Counted from the stretch's first letter, positions 42,476-53,058 are shown. The stretch is 64,000 bases of DNA from Gemmatimonadales bacterium (GCA_041615815.1 JBFJCP010000001.1:128001-192000), one strand, 5' to 3'. Numbers and translations are program-made. The notes: generated by a model not told the origin, from the sequence alone.

Positions 42476-43588
42476 CTGCATCCGGCGTACATTCTTCTCG
42501 AAGACGGCGCGTGGTTCCCCGGGGCCACGCGCCGTCCCGTTGATCCCACCCCCGGCGAAGTCGTATTCACGACCAACCTGACCGGTTATCAGGAGGTCTT
42601 CACCGACCCCTCCTATTTGGGCCAGATCGTGGTCATGACGGCGCCGATGATCGGGAACTACGGCATCAATGAGGAAGACGTCGAATCCGAACGGCCCCAA
42701 GTGACCGGGGTCGTCGTGCGCGAGCTCGCACAGCGGCATTCGAATTGGCGGGCCAGCGGCTCCCTGGAGGACTGGCTCGAAGGTCGACGCGTTCCTCTCG
42801 TTGAGGGCGTGGACACGCGCCGACTCGCACGACACATCCGGTCGGCAGGCGCGATGCGTGGCATTATCGCCTCCGGAGCGGCGCCTTCGGACGGTATCCA
42901 GAAACAGCTCGAACAAAGTCCGCGCATGGAGGGGCTCGACCTCGCCTCGCGCGCCACCGTGGATCGGGAATACGGGGTGGGGGACAGCCCGGCACGCCAC
43001 CATGTCGTGGCGTATGACTTCGGGATGAAACGCAACATCGTTCGGATTCTGACATCGCTCGGGTGTCGCGTCACGGTCGTGCCCGCCGCCACGCCGGCGG
43101 CTCGGGTCCGAGAGCTGGAGCCCGACGGGCTGTTCCTCTCCAACGGCCCTGGCGATCCCGCAGCCGTGAGCTACGCCATTCCGGTCATCCGAGACCTCGC
43201 CGAATCGGGACTCCCAACCCTGGGGATTTGCCTGGGTCACCAGCTGCTTGCGCTGGCGTTCGACGGTCAGACGGCGAAGCTCCCGTACGGGCACCGGGGG
43301 GGTAACCATCCCGTGCGCGAGCTCGAGTCGGGACGAGTCCTCATCACCAGCCAGAATCACGGATTTGCTGTCGTGGGAAGGGGTAAGGATGTTTCAGGTG
43401 CTAAAGAACTGGAGGTTACGCACCGTAACCTCAATGACGACACGGTCGAAGGGCTCAGGCACCGCGAACTCCCGATTCTCGCCCTGCAATACCACCCTGA
43501 AGCGGCTCCGGGACCCCACGACGCCAGGGGGCACTTCGCCCAGTTCGTCCAAGCCCTTGACACACAACAGGTAAGCCGGTATTTATGA
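42476..43588 (+). CDS. carA: carbamoyl-phosphate synthase small subunit
   Basis: LLEDG, GEVVF.T..TGYQE, DPSY, LSNGPGDP, GICLGHQ and QYHPEAAPGP. Start inferred at a CTG codon. Confidence 0.93.
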   Translation: MHPAYILLEDGAWFPGATRRPVDPTPGEVVFTTNLTGYQEVFTDPSYLGQIVVMTAPMIGNYGINEEDVESERPQVTGVVVRELAQRHSNWRASGSLEDWLEGRRVPLVEGVDTRRLARHIRSAGAMRGIIASGAAPSDGIQKQLEQSPRMEGLDLASRATVDREYGVGDSPARHHVVAYDFGMKRNIVRILTSLGCRVTVVPAATPAARVRELEPDGLFLSNGPGDPAAVSYAIPVIRDLAESGLPTLGICLGHQLLALAFDGQTAKLPYGHRGGNHPVRELESGRVLITSQNHGFAVVGRGKDVSGAKELEVTHRNLNDDTVEGLRHRELPILALQYHPEAAPGPHDARGHFAQFVQALDTQQVSRYL

Positions 43589-43651
43589 CCGCCCGGCCCG
43601 CCGCCCCCGCGGCCGGCCATCGCCGGTTCAGGAACAGAGTAGAGAGGACGG

Positions 43652-43972
43652 ATGACCAAGGCGGATCTCGTCGAGAAAGTCACGGCCTCGATCGCCCGTA
43701 CGGCCGGACCGATGATCTCGAAGAAAGACTGCGCCCGCGTCGTTGATGCCTTCCTCGACGCGGTGAAAGACGCGCTCGCGGATCAGAACAACATCGAGAT
43801 CCGGGGCTTTGGGACGTTCAAGATCCGCATGCGGAAGACGCGGATGGCACGGAATCCGCGAACGGGCGAGCCGGTGGAAGTTGCGGCCCGGCCGGTCCCT
43901 GTCTTCAAGCCCTCCAAGGAGTTACGGGCGATGGTCGCGGAGAACGAAGAGGTCACGCAAGACCAGCCGTAG
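43652..43972 (+). CDS. HU/IHF family DNA-binding protein
   Basis: MTKADLV, IEIRGFGTF, ARNPRTGE and FKPSKEL. Confidence 0.95.
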   Translation: MTKADLVEKVTASIARTAGPMISKKDCARVVDAFLDAVKDALADQNNIEIRGFGTFKIRMRKTRMARNPRTGEPVEVAARPVPVFKPSKELRAMVAENEEVTQDQP

Positions 43973-44359
43973 TCTGGGCCCCACGACTGCTCGCGGGTCC
44001 ATTATCTCCCACCGGTGCTGTTCACGAGACTCCTCCGGAGACGGAGACTTGTCACGCCGTACCTGACCGGCGTTTCAACGTCAATGCGGCCAGAAATCCA
44101 CCCGGGAGCGCCGTTTGGACGCTCGGGCCTCACATTGAACGACGGCTTGCCACCGGACCTCGCGGTTCGAGGTTACCCCTGGCTGGTGCGTCTCGGCCAC
44201 GGCGGCAGCCAGCCCCACGCGAGACCAGGCACGCACAGAAAGACCGACGATGATGAATGGAGGCATCCGTCGGTATCGTCGCCGGTACCGCCATGCGACG
44301 AGGGGAACGGTCGCGGGGGCGTCGTCACAGGCATGGGCCTCCCTTATATTCCCTCCCGT

Positions 44360-44647
44360 ATGACGTCCTCTTCGCAGCGGACCCCCGTATCGGCCTCCAG
44401 CATCACGGTGTCGTGTCGATTCTTCGGCCGGTACGCGGAAGTGCTTGGCGTGGGGCAGCTGGAGCTCCAGTTGCCCGCCGAGGCTACGGCGGGTGATGCG
44501 GTTGCCGCACTGCGGACGCGCCACGACGCCCAGTCCCTCCTGCCCCAACGTCCATTGGTTGCGGTGAATCAAGAGCACGTTGCGCTCGACGCACCCTTAC
44601 ACGATGGGGATGAGCTTGCGCTGCTCCCTCCGCTCGCAGGCGGCTAG
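44360..44647 (+). CDS. moaD: molybdopterin synthase sulfur carrier subunit
   Basis: VAVNQE and GDELALLPPLAGG C-terminus. Start approximate. Confidence 0.88.
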   Translation: MTSSSQRTPVSASSITVSCRFFGRYAEVLGVGQLELQLPAEATAGDAVAALRTRHDAQSLLPQRPLVAVNQEHVALDAPLHDGDELALLPPLAGG

Positions 44648-45105
44648 TGAATCACGTTACGCACGATCCCATTCAGCTCGACCGTCTGATTGCCGAGGTG
44701 TCGGATCCCGGCCGGGGGGCGATCGTCGTGTTTCTCGGGACCGTGCGGCGTGGACCGGACGACGGTCCAGTACGGGAGATCGAGTATTCGGCGTATGAAG
44801 CAATGGCGGCTGGGGAGTTCCAGCGTATCGTCAACGAAGCGGCCGGGCAGAGCCACAACATCGAGGTGGCGGCACAGCACCGACTGGGCACGGTCCCCAC
44901 GGGCGACCCCAGCATCGCCGTGGTGGCGGCGGCACCGCACCGCGCTGAGGCGTTCACCGCGTGCCGCTACGTGATCGAGCAGGCGAAGCTCAGGCTTCCC
45001 GTCTGGAAGAAAGAACGGCTCGACGACGGGGGAACCCGCTGGCGCGAGAACCCAGACGGGTCCTCCACGCCGGGAGTGGCCCCGCCCGCGGATGGGGACC
45101 CCTGA
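44647..45105 (+). CDS. moaE: molybdopterin synthase catalytic subunit
   Basis: GAIVVFLGTVR, YSAY, HRLG, HRAEAF and PVWKKE. Confidence 0.93.
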   Translation: MNHVTHDPIQLDRLIAEVSDPGRGAIVVFLGTVRRGPDDGPVREIEYSAYEAMAAGEFQRIVNEAAGQSHNIEVAAQHRLGTVPTGDPSIAVVAAAPHRAEAFTACRYVIEQAKLRLPVWKKERLDDGGTRWRENPDGSSTPGVAPPADGDP

Positions 45106-45593
45106 TGGGATTGGGTATTGGCCTGATCGAACCACAGATCGCGCCAAACACTGGGAACATCGCACGTCTGTGCGCTGCCACCGATGCGGCGCTGCACCTC
45201 ATTGGGCCGTTGGGTTTCGAGCTCGATGACACCCAATTGAAGCGCGCCGGCCTCGATTACTGGGACCACGTCGACCTGTGGGTACACGCGCACTGGCGCG
45301 TCTTCCGGGAGGCGGTCGCGCGCGATCGGTGCCTCTACTTTTCCTCTCACGGTACGCAGCCTTTTGGCGATGCTCCGTACGCCCACAATTCAGTGCTGGT
45401 CTTCGGCAATGAGACCCACGGCATGCCCGAGCGCATACGCGAGAAGTATCCCGATCGGATCTTCCGTATCCCGATGCGCCCCGCGGTCCGCAGCCTGAAT
45501 CTCGCCACCTCCGCCGGTATCGTGTTGTACGAAGCCGTTCGACAGGTCGGCATCGAGTTAGACGCCGAGACGTCCGAGTCGGACGCCGCGTGA
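45105..45593 (+). CDS. trmL: tRNA (cytidine/uridine-34 2'-O)-methyltransferase
   Basis: PQIAPNTGNIARLC, RAGLDYW, FGNETHG and RSLNL. Confidence 0.93.
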   Translation: MGLGIGLIEPQIAPNTGNIARLCAATDAALHLIGPLGFELDDTQLKRAGLDYWDHVDLWVHAHWRVFREAVARDRCLYFSSHGTQPFGDAPYAHNSVLVFGNETHGMPERIREKYPDRIFRIPMRPAVRSLNLATSAGIVLYEAVRQVGIELDAETSESDAA

Positions 45594-45636
45594 GCACCCC
45601 ACATCCTTCTTACCGCTTTAACCATACGGATCGCAC

Positions 45637-46563
45637 ATGAACAAGATCACCATCGTAGGGGCAGGGAACGTCGGCGCCACGCTAGCACAGCGGGTTGCCG
45701 AAAAGGAGCTGGCGCGCCAGGTCGTGCTGGTGGATATCGTCGAAGGCATCCCTCAAGGGAAAGGCCTCGACCAGTGGGAGTCCGCGCCGATCGAGGGGTT
45801 CGATAGCCGCGTGATCGGCGCCAATGACTATAGCCCGACTGCGGGTAGCGAGATGGTGATCGTGACCGCCGGTATCGCCCGCAAACCCGGGATGAGTCGA
45901 GACGACTTGGTCAAGACGAACGCCGAGATCGTGAAAGCCGTGAGTCAGGAGATCAAGCGATCCTGTCCGGAGGCCATCGTGATCATGGTGTCCAACCCGC
46001 TGGACGTGATGTGTTGGGTCGCCAAGGAAGTCACCGGGTTTTCGAGACAGCGCGTGATCGGCATGGCCGGGGTCCTGGACACGGCACGGTACCGGAGCTT
46101 TCTAGCGGAGGCGATCGACGTTTCGGTGGAGGACATCCAAGCGATGGTTCTGGGTGGACACGGCGACACGATGGTCCCGCTCATCTCCTATACGACCGTG
46201 TCGGGGATTCCGGTAACCCAACTCATCGACCGCAAACAACTCGACGCCATCGTCGAGCGCACGCGAAAGGGTGGGGCCGAGATCGTGGGATACCTCAAGA
46301 CCGGGTCCGCCTACTATGCTCCCTCGGCGGCCGCCGCACAGATGGCCGAGGCCATCGTCAAAGACAAGAAGCGCATTCTTCCGTGTGCCGCGTGGTTGGA
46401 AGGTGAGTACGGAATGGACGGCATCTATCTTGGCGTACCCTGTAAGCTCGGCGCCCAGGGACTGGAGCAGATCGTGGAGGTCGAACTCAGTTCCAAAGAG
46501 CAAGTGGCGTTGCGGAAGTCCGCCGAGGCCGTGCGGAAGACGATGGCGACCGTGTCCTTGTGA
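45637..46563 (+). CDS. mdh: malate dehydrogenase (LDH-like)
   Basis: [27 protein letters not shown] and GSAYYAP. Confidence 0.96.
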   Translation: MNKITIVGAGNVGATLAQRVAEKELARQVVLVDIVEGIPQGKGLDQWESAPIEGFDSRVIGANDYSPTAGSEMVIVTAGIARKPGMSRDDLVKTNAEIVKAVSQEIKRSCPEAIVIMVSNPLDVMCWVAKEVTGFSRQRVIGMAGVLDTARYRSFLAEAIDVSVEDIQAMVLGGHGDTMVPLISYTTVSGIPVTQLIDRKQLDAIVERTRKGGAEIVGYLKTGSAYYAPSAAAAQMAEAIVKDKKRILPCAAWLEGEYGMDGIYLGVPCKLGAQGLEQIVEVELSSKEQVALRKSAEAVRKTMATVSL

Positions 46564-46668
46564 TCGATTGCCGACCGTCGCGCCGTGTCGAGGGGGCCGC
46601 GGGGCCCCCTCTGGCCATTTGAACCCTGTGGTGTACCTTCTCAGCCGTCCTGCACTCCGGAGGCCGCC

Positions 46669-47232
46669 ATGGTCACCCTGGGATCGCTGTGGCTCCCCAT
46701 TCTGCTCTCGGCCGTGTTCGTCTGGATCGCTAGCGCGCTCATTTGGACGGTGATGCCACACCACAAGACGGATTGGAAAAAACTCCCCGACGAGGAAGCG
46801 CTCCGCGGAGCCCTCAAAGGACAGAACTTGGCACCGGCGCAGTACTCGTTCCCCCACGCGCCGGACTCCGCCGCCATGAAGGATCCTGAGGTTGTACGGA
46901 AGCTGCAGGAGGGGCCCGTGGGCGTGCTCACCATCTGGCCTTCGGGTATGCCCACCATGGGCGGGAAGATGGCGGCGTCGTTCGTGTACTACCTGGTGGT
47001 CGGCGCGATCGTCGCGTACCTGGCGGGACGAACGGTCGCGGCGGGGGCCGAGTATCTCGCGGTGTTCCGGGTCACGGGCACCGTGGCGTGGTTGGCCTAC
47101 GCGTTTGGCGGCATTCCCGACTCCATTTGGTTCGGGCGCCCCTGGAGCACAACCGTCAAGATCCTGATCGACGGGTTGGTCTACGCCTTGCTCACGGCCG
47201 GCGTCTTCGGCTGGCTGTGGCCGGGGGGCTGA
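46669..47232 (+). CDS. conserved hypothetical membrane protein
   Basis: GGAGG RBS; LWLPILLSAV..HHK.D motif; four TM segments. Confidence 0.8.
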   Translation: MVTLGSLWLPILLSAVFVWIASALIWTVMPHHKTDWKKLPDEEALRGALKGQNLAPAQYSFPHAPDSAAMKDPEVVRKLQEGPVGVLTIWPSGMPTMGGKMAASFVYYLVVGAIVAYLAGRTVAAGAEYLAVFRVTGTVAWLAYAFGGIPDSIWFGRPWSTTVKILIDGLVYALLTAGVFGWLWPGG

Positions 47233-47643
47233 TCATTTGCCGGCGTACTCCACATAGTTTCGGGGCGTCTCCCATAGCACGATCTTTTTGAGGCGGCCGG
47301 GGAGGCGCCCTTCGAGCAGGTGCCAGATCACCACGATCATGTTCTCGGTCGTGGGATTGAGATCACGAAACTCCTCCACGTCGAGATTCAGGTTCTTGTG
47401 GTCGAAGCGCGCCACGACCAGATCTTCGACGATCCGCTTGACTTCACCCAGGTCCGCCACAAACCCGGTGACGGGATCGATCTCCCCCTCCACCGATACG
47501 TCCAACTCATAGTTGTGCCCGTGGTAGTTGGGGTTGTTGCACAGCCCAAACGTTCGACGATTATCGGCATCCGACAGTGCTGGGCTGTGGAGACGATGCG
47601 CCGCGTTGAAGTGGACGCGTCGGGTGACCGTGACGGTTGCCAT
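47233..47643 (-). CDS. queD: 6-carboxytetrahydropterin / 6-pyruvoyl-tetrahydropterin synthase
   Basis: FNAAHRL, C....HGHNY, DHKNLN, PTTEN and ET. Confidence 0.88.
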   Translation of the reverse strand: MATVTVTRRVHFNAAHRLHSPALSDADNRRTFGLCNNPNYHGHNYELDVSVEGEIDPVTGFVADLGEVKRIVEDLVVARFDHKNLNLDVEEFRDLNPTTENMIVVIWHLLEGRLPGRLKKIVLWETPRNYVEYAGK

Positions 47644-47749
47644 CGGTGGGTAGTTACACGGAAAGGAAGGGGCGCGCAACGGCACGAACGCCACGCGCGC
47701 CCCAACAGTGAGGCACGCGTGGCGTTCCCTCCTGCGAGCCTCGAGCCAG

Positions 47750-49750
47750 CTAGAACGTCACGACCGCTTCATTCGAACAGATCGCGGTGCCAGCCTCACA
47801 GACCTGATAGACGAAACTGGTGGCGGACGTCGATCCGATACGATCGAAATAGCGCCCGTTATTGCTCGTCGTCGCAATCACGGCTCCATCTCGATAGATA
47901 TCCACGTTCGACGACGTTGCCCCGTCCCATGTCAGGCGCGCGCCCCGCGCGCTCCCAAACTGTCGTCCAGTCGCCTCGAGCGTAATCGTTGCACCGCTTC
48001 CGCCGTCGGTGACGGTGACACCCTGCGAGATCGTGTCGGAGCCACCCGCGTCATCGGTGACCGTGAGCGACACGGTATACGTGCCGGCAGCCGCGTAGGT
48101 ATGGCTCGGGTCCTGCTGGGTCGACGTATTACCGTCACCGAACTCCCAGCTCCACGACGTGATGGAGCCATCGCTGTCCGTGCTCGTGTCCGTGAACCCG
48201 CACGTCAGGTCCCCGCAGCTCCACGTGAACCCCGCTGTGGGGGGATCATTCTGACCACCGGGCTCGGTGACTGTAACCTGCTGCGTCTCAGTGTCGGTCT
48301 CCCCGTCGTCGTCCGTTACGGTGAGCATCACCGAGTACGTCCCCGCAGCGGCGTAACTGTGATTGGGATTCTGCCCGCTCGATGTGTTTCCGTCCCCAAA
48401 TTCCCAGTTCCACGCGGCAATCGACCCGTCCGAATCGCTGCTTTGATCCATGAACGAGCAATCGAGATCGGTACAACTCGCCTCAAACGCCGCTGTCGGC
48501 GGCGTGTTGGGCGGCGGTCCGCCGGGACTGCCAATGAAGCCCGTGTAGAGAAACCGGTTCGCCGTGCCAAAGCGCGAGCTGCGGTTGTGGAGGTCGATGG
48601 TACCCAAGGTGGCGTTGTTGGTGAGGCCGGCCGCGACCTCCGCCGGCGTGGCGCCGGGATTGGCCTCGAGGAACAGGGCAGCCGCGCCGGCGACGTGGGG
48701 TGTTGCCATGGACGTGCCGCTGAGGCTCGCGGTCGCGTTGTCGTTGGTCAACCACGTGGAGATGATGCTCACGCCGGGTGCCAGGAGATCAACGCACGAA
48801 CCGTAGTTCGAGAACGACGCTTCGTCGTCGTCCGACTCCGTGGCACCCACGGTAAGCGCGCTGGGGGCCCCGGCTGGACTCTGCGTGCAGGCATCCTGCG
48901 GGATGCCAAAGATATTGCCGTTCCCCGCAGCCACCGCGTAGTTCACACCCGACGCGACGGAGTTCCCTACCGCATCGCGGAGCGACTGCACGTTGCCGTA
49001 CCCAAGGCTCATGTTCACGACTGCCGGACGCTGCGCGTTTGCCGTCACCCAGTCGACGGCGGCAATGGCCATGCTGACATCACCAAAGCCGTCGCAGTCG
49101 ACGACCCTGGCGGCCCAGATATCCGCATCCTTCGCGACGCCATACGTGGCTGAGGCAGCGGTACCGGCGACGTGCGTGCCATGTCCATGGCAATCCTCCG
49201 CGCTCCCCCGCCCGTCACCCACGAAATCGCCGCTGGCGCCGTTGGGCACGAACTCGGCACGGCCGCCAAAGTCGTTGTGCGAGTCACGGACTCCGGTATC
49301 GAGCACGTAGATGTTGACCCCCGCGCCACTCGCTTGGTACGTGTACGCGTTATCCAGCGGAAGATCCCCTTGGTCCACGCGGTCGAGGCCCCATGAGGGC
49401 GGGTTGGTCTGCGTCACGAAGAGTTCGGCCTCACGGTCCGGTTCGACGTACGCGACGAGGGGGCTCGCTCGGAGTTCCTCCGCACGCCGCACGGACATTC
49501 GCGCTGCAAACCCTTTGAGGGCGAACTGATAGGTAAAGAGCACGCGACCGCTCGTTTCGTCGATGAGCGTACGCGCCGTCAGGGCTGGATTGGCCACGGC
49601 GTCGTGCAACACCACGATGTACTGATCTGGGATGGCCCTCGTCGTCGTGGGCGGCGGTGTGTCGAGATCGGTAGATGGTTGCGTCGTCTCGCCGCATCCA
49701 AAGAGCACGAGCAGGCTCGTACCGAGCAGCGCGCGAGTGGATCGTCGCAT
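47750..49750 (-). CDS. S8 proteinase K/aqualysin-like serine protease with I9 propeptide and two PKD domains; lipoprotein
   Basis: Lipobox LFGC; WGLDRVDQ, LDTG, HGTHVAG and GTSMATPHVAG; two W.WEFGDG..HTY..AGTY.V.LTVTDD repeats. Confidence 0.93.
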   Translation of the reverse strand: MRRSTRALLGTSLLVLFGCGETTQPSTDLDTPPPTTTRAIPDQYIVVLHDAVANPALTARTLIDETSGRVLFTYQFALKGFAARMSVRRAEELRASPLVAYVEPDREAELFVTQTNPPSWGLDRVDQGDLPLDNAYTYQASGAGVNIYVLDTGVRDSHNDFGGRAEFVPNGASGDFVGDGRGSAEDCHGHGTHVAGTAASATYGVAKDADIWAARVVDCDGFGDVSMAIAAVDWVTANAQRPAVVNMSLGYGNVQSLRDAVGNSVASGVNYAVAAGNGNIFGIPQDACTQSPAGAPSALTVGATESDDDEASFSNYGSCVDLLAPGVSIISTWLTNDNATASLSGTSMATPHVAGAAALFLEANPGATPAEVAAGLTNNATLGTIDLHNRSSRFGTANRFLYTGFIGSPGGPPPNTPPTAAFEASCTDLDCSFMDQSSDSDGSIAAWNWEFGDGNTSSGQNPNHSYAAAGTYSVMLTVTDDDGETDTETQQVTVTEPGGQNDPPTAGFTWSCGDLTCGFTDTSTDSDGSITSWSWEFGDGNTSTQQDPSHTYAAAGTYTVSLTVTDDAGGSDTISQGVTVTDGGSGATITLEATGRQFGSARGARLTWDGATSSNVDIYRDGAVIATTSNNGRYFDRIGSTSATSFVYQVCEAGTAICSNEAVVTF
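48010..48510 (-). repeat. tandem duplicated PKD-domain coding repeat (2 copies, about 255 bp each)
   Basis: PPTA.F..SC.DL.C.F.D.S.DSDGSI..W.WEFGDGNTS..Q.P.H.YAAAGTY.V.LTVTDD occurs twice. Boundaries approximate. Confidence 0.8.
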
Positions 49751-49936
49751 GACGTCTCCAGGTTGTCGTGTATGGGCGCGGCGTGGCAGCCCGGTCGGCA
49801 TGGGAGGAGCCAACCGGTCGCCATTGAATAGCATACGGGTCGTGGAGGGTCAAGCACGCCGTGAAGATCACAGGCCCGACGACATCGCCGGGCCTGTTGC
49901 ATCAGCGCCCCACACGGCACTCCGCATGGGGAGGGC

Positions 49937-51034
49937 TTACCGCGTGGCCGGATCCATCTTCCAGAAGCCAATCCCGCCTGGCTGATGCTGAACCGCGACG
50001 CTCGCCACCCGCCGCTTGTGCACGAGGTCGATGACATCCACGGTCCCGCGGGTCGCTCCAATTGCTTCGTTGGAAACGAACGCGTAGCGAGAATCCGGGG
50101 TGATCACAACACCGTGCGTCACCGGCTGCGTCGTCGCGACCCTGGTCTCCGTACCGGTTCGAAGATCGACGATCGCGACGCCCTGGTCGCCCTTGAGCGT
50201 CACGACGAGCCAGGCACCATCCGGGCTCACGTCCGCGTTATAGGGCCCCTTCCCAGTGGCAAACCTTCGGGTAACGGCCAAGCTCGTCGCGGAGATCTCG
50301 AGAATCAGCCCTCGCTGATTGCATGGGACGTACAGGAACCGATCGTCCGGCGATGGAACTACCCAGGTGGGACCGCATCGTTCAGCACCCGGTACGGGCG
50401 CTGGGGCGGGACTCGCCAGTACGCGCTCATTGCCCGGCGTGAGGTCCAAGATGCGGGCCACCTGAAGGGATCGAGTGGAGATCTCCACGAGTTGATCGCT
50501 CCCGACACAGACCGAGTAATGGGCCGTCCCGGACGTGTTGATACGACTTCCGTGTGGCTTCACACAGGTCTTGATCTGGGTGACCTCCTGCATGGTGGGC
50601 GTGAACAAGACCGAGACCGTGCTCGGCACCGCATCGCCGTGCAGGTTGAAATTGACGGCGAACAGCATGGACCCGTCAGGCGTCACAGCCATCGAGGCGG
50701 GGAACAGTCCAACCGTGGCCGTATCCGCGAGCCGGTCCGACCCGGTCGTGAACTTCCAGATCCGGCCGTAGGGCGTGCCGTGGGCGAGCGAGACGTACCA
50801 GTGCCTTCCGTCCGGCGATACCGTGAGTCCGTGCGCGCCGTCCAGATCGGCAGGCATGATGCCAACGGGAATGGTCGACTCCTCCACGAGTCCGTTGCGA
50901 TCCAAGCGAACTCGCGAGATCAGGTCCGACGACTCGTTCGCCACGTACACCCAGTATCGACCCGCGAGCTCTTGCGCGGCAGCGGGCGACACAGCCGTCA
51001 GGCACACCGCGAGGCTCCAGATCAGCTTCTTCAT
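49937..51034 (-). CDS. secreted YncE/YVTN-type beta-propeller protein
   Basis: Signal peptide; repeated SPDG/TPDG blades, YVANE and FVSNE. Confidence 0.85.
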   Translation of the reverse strand: MKKLIWSLAVCLTAVSPAAAQELAGRYWVYVANESSDLISRVRLDRNGLVEESTIPVGIMPADLDGAHGLTVSPDGRHWYVSLAHGTPYGRIWKFTTGSDRLADTATVGLFPASMAVTPDGSMLFAVNFNLHGDAVPSTVSVLFTPTMQEVTQIKTCVKPHGSRINTSGTAHYSVCVGSDQLVEISTRSLQVARILDLTPGNERVLASPAPAPVPGAERCGPTWVVPSPDDRFLYVPCNQRGLILEISATSLAVTRRFATGKGPYNADVSPDGAWLVVTLKGDQGVAIVDLRTGTETRVATTQPVTHGVVITPDSRYAFVSNEAIGATRGTVDVIDLVHKRRVASVAVQHQPGGIGFWKMDPATR

Positions 51035-53058
51035 GGAGAGAGCCGCTCTGAGCGTTCGTGATGCAACACCCACAACCCGCTGTTCATGTCGCTCACGAAG
51101 ATGTTGCCCTTGAAGGGCTGGGGACCCCACGCTAGCGGCGCGTTAGGCTGTAACACATCGCGTGGGGCGGCGGTATGGTACCAGCCGATCTGACGTCCCT
51201 GCGCGTAGAGATCGCCACGGAGTTCACCCGTCACGTCGACGATTCGCAACCCACCCTGATAATACGCGATGTACAAGAGGCCGTTCTCGACCCAGATGTT
51301 GTGGGCCCCGGCCTCGGGCACCTCGAACCGGGCCACCTCACGCGGCGCGTCGAGGTCAGAAACGTCCATCACATGAATGTATCCCCGCGGGCCGTTCACG
51401 CATTTGTCGCAACCGAAGATCTCGTCGCCAACGAAGACGTAATTCCCCTCGCGGTAGGCCGTGTGGGTGTTGCCCATCCCGTACGCAATACTGGAAACGA
51501 ACGCCGGCGCCGTGGGCGTCCCACCATGCGTCCCCGCGCCGATATCCAAAATCACGAGCCCATCGTCCCAATATGACAGATACGCATAGCGACCATCGGC
51601 CCACACGTCATGAAGCGATTTGTTCTCCTCGCCTGGCCGAATTTCCCACCGTCCGGCATGCCGCGGATTCGTAGGATCACTCAGGTCCAGGATGTTCATG
51701 GCATTGGTACCGTCGTTCACCGCGTACACCACATCGCCGTTGATCCAGACATTGTGGATCCCGGCGGTGAGGCTGTCAGTGAGTTCCGCGATGATGTCCG
51801 GATGGGCGGGATCGGTCAGGTCCAAGACCACAATCCCGTTGCGCCGCGTGCTCGCGCCTTCTCGCGTGATGATGGCCCAACTCGCGTCTCCGTTCACCTT
51901 CACATCGTTGACCACACGCGCGTCGACCAGCACCGAGTCCACCAGGACGATGTCCGATGGCTCCGTCACGTCCCACACATACATTCGCTGCCCACCACCT
52001 TGAGCATGCGTCCCCGTGTAGGCATAATCCCGCCCGTCCTTCCCTTCGAACACCCACAGATCGCTCGTCGCCACATCGGGCGGTCCCGCTCGGGCAACCA
52101 GCTCGACCGGGGTCGCCTTGACGCGGGGAATCACCTCCACAACCGCTTCGGCGCCGAGCTGCCCTGCCGTGGCAACGACTTTGTAGGCCCCCGGGTTTTC
52201 CGCGACGAACGCCCCGTCCTCGTACATGTCGGCACCCGCGGAGTCGAGGCCGTGGGCGGCATAGGAGAGGGCAAGGTCGCGGACCCGCTGCCCAGACCGG
52301 TCGAGCGCGGCCACGTCGAAGCGCACCACGTCTCCCGTTCGTGCGGTGGTCGCACGTGGGGTGATGACGAGCTGCTGCACGGGGTTCGGGAGCGCCTGGA
52401 AAGTGTGACGTGCCGCGACGCGGTCATCGGCCGTGGCCACGAGCGTGGCCGTCCCCGGCCGCGAGATCGTCACGACCCCGGTGGGGGTGACCAATGCCAC
52501 CGTCGGCGTTTCACTGCGCCACTGAATGCTGGCCAGCGCGTGCTCGGTCTCCCGATTGGTCATGGGGGTGGCGGTCATGCGAAACGTGGTACCAGCGTAT
52601 GGCGCGTAGCGCGGCTCGTGAATCTCGACGCTCGCCAATGGCCAGTCATCCACCTGTACGGTGGCCGTGCCAATGGGGTTCCAGCGGAACCCGCCGGAGT
52701 CGTTTGGAACCTGCACCAGGATCTGGAACGGCGCTTCGCCGGGCCGGGTGCCAACGATCAGGTAGGAATCCGGAACGGAATCCTTTATAGACTTGGCATT
52801 GAACACATCCGAACCCCATGAAATGGCGAACCGCGCTCCACGAACGCGGGCGCCTTCGCGATCGGTAAGCGCAATTGTCAACAGGACGGTATCACCGCGA
52901 ACAAGCGCGAGGGGATCCGGCGTGAGGCGGGCGCCGCGGACGCGCAGCCCCGCCGTCAGCTCTGCGGACGAGCCTTGGGGGATCTGCGCCTCGAGCGCTG
53001 GGGGTCCGAGCGTCAACACGGCAAGCAAGACCGCGCCGAGAGGGGCTCGTCGAGCCAT
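51031..53058 (-). CDS. secreted protein with Ig-like domains and LVIVD-repeat propeller
   Basis: Signal peptide; W.S..P.VA.V...G Ig-like motif; GIVVLD, GLVILD and GLRIVD repeats with a His in several blades. Confidence 0.8.
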   Translation of the reverse strand: MARRAPLGAVLLAVLTLGPPALEAQIPQGSSAELTAGLRVRGARLTPDPLALVRGDTVLLTIALTDREGARVRGARFAISWGSDVFNAKSIKDSVPDSYLIVGTRPGEAPFQILVQVPNDSGGFRWNPIGTATVQVDDWPLASVEIHEPRYAPYAGTTFRMTATPMTNRETEHALASIQWRSETPTVALVTPTGVVTISRPGTATLVATADDRVAARHTFQALPNPVQQLVITPRATTARTGDVVRFDVAALDRSGQRVRDLALSYAAHGLDSAGADMYEDGAFVAENPGAYKVVATAGQLGAEAVVEVIPRVKATPVELVARAGPPDVATSDLWVFEGKDGRDYAYTGTHAQGGGQRMYVWDVTEPSDIVLVDSVLVDARVVNDVKVNGDASWAIITREGASTRRNGIVVLDLTDPAHPDIIAELTDSLTAGIHNVWINGDVVYAVNDGTNAMNILDLSDPTNPRHAGRWEIRPGEENKSLHDVWADGRYAYLSYWDDGLVILDIGAGTHGGTPTAPAFVSSIAYGMGNTHTAYREGNYVFVGDEIFGCDKCVNGPRGYIHVMDVSDLDAPREVARFEVPEAGAHNIWVENGLLYIAYYQGGLRIVDVTGELRGDLYAQGRQIGWYHTAAPRDVLQPNAPLAWGPQPFKGNIFVSDMNSGLWVLHHERSERLSP

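Noticed and set aside
44000..44359. Definite Moco riboswitch or 6S RNA call
   Set aside because: Only partial resemblance (GCCTCCC, hairpins); kept as an unexplained region instead.
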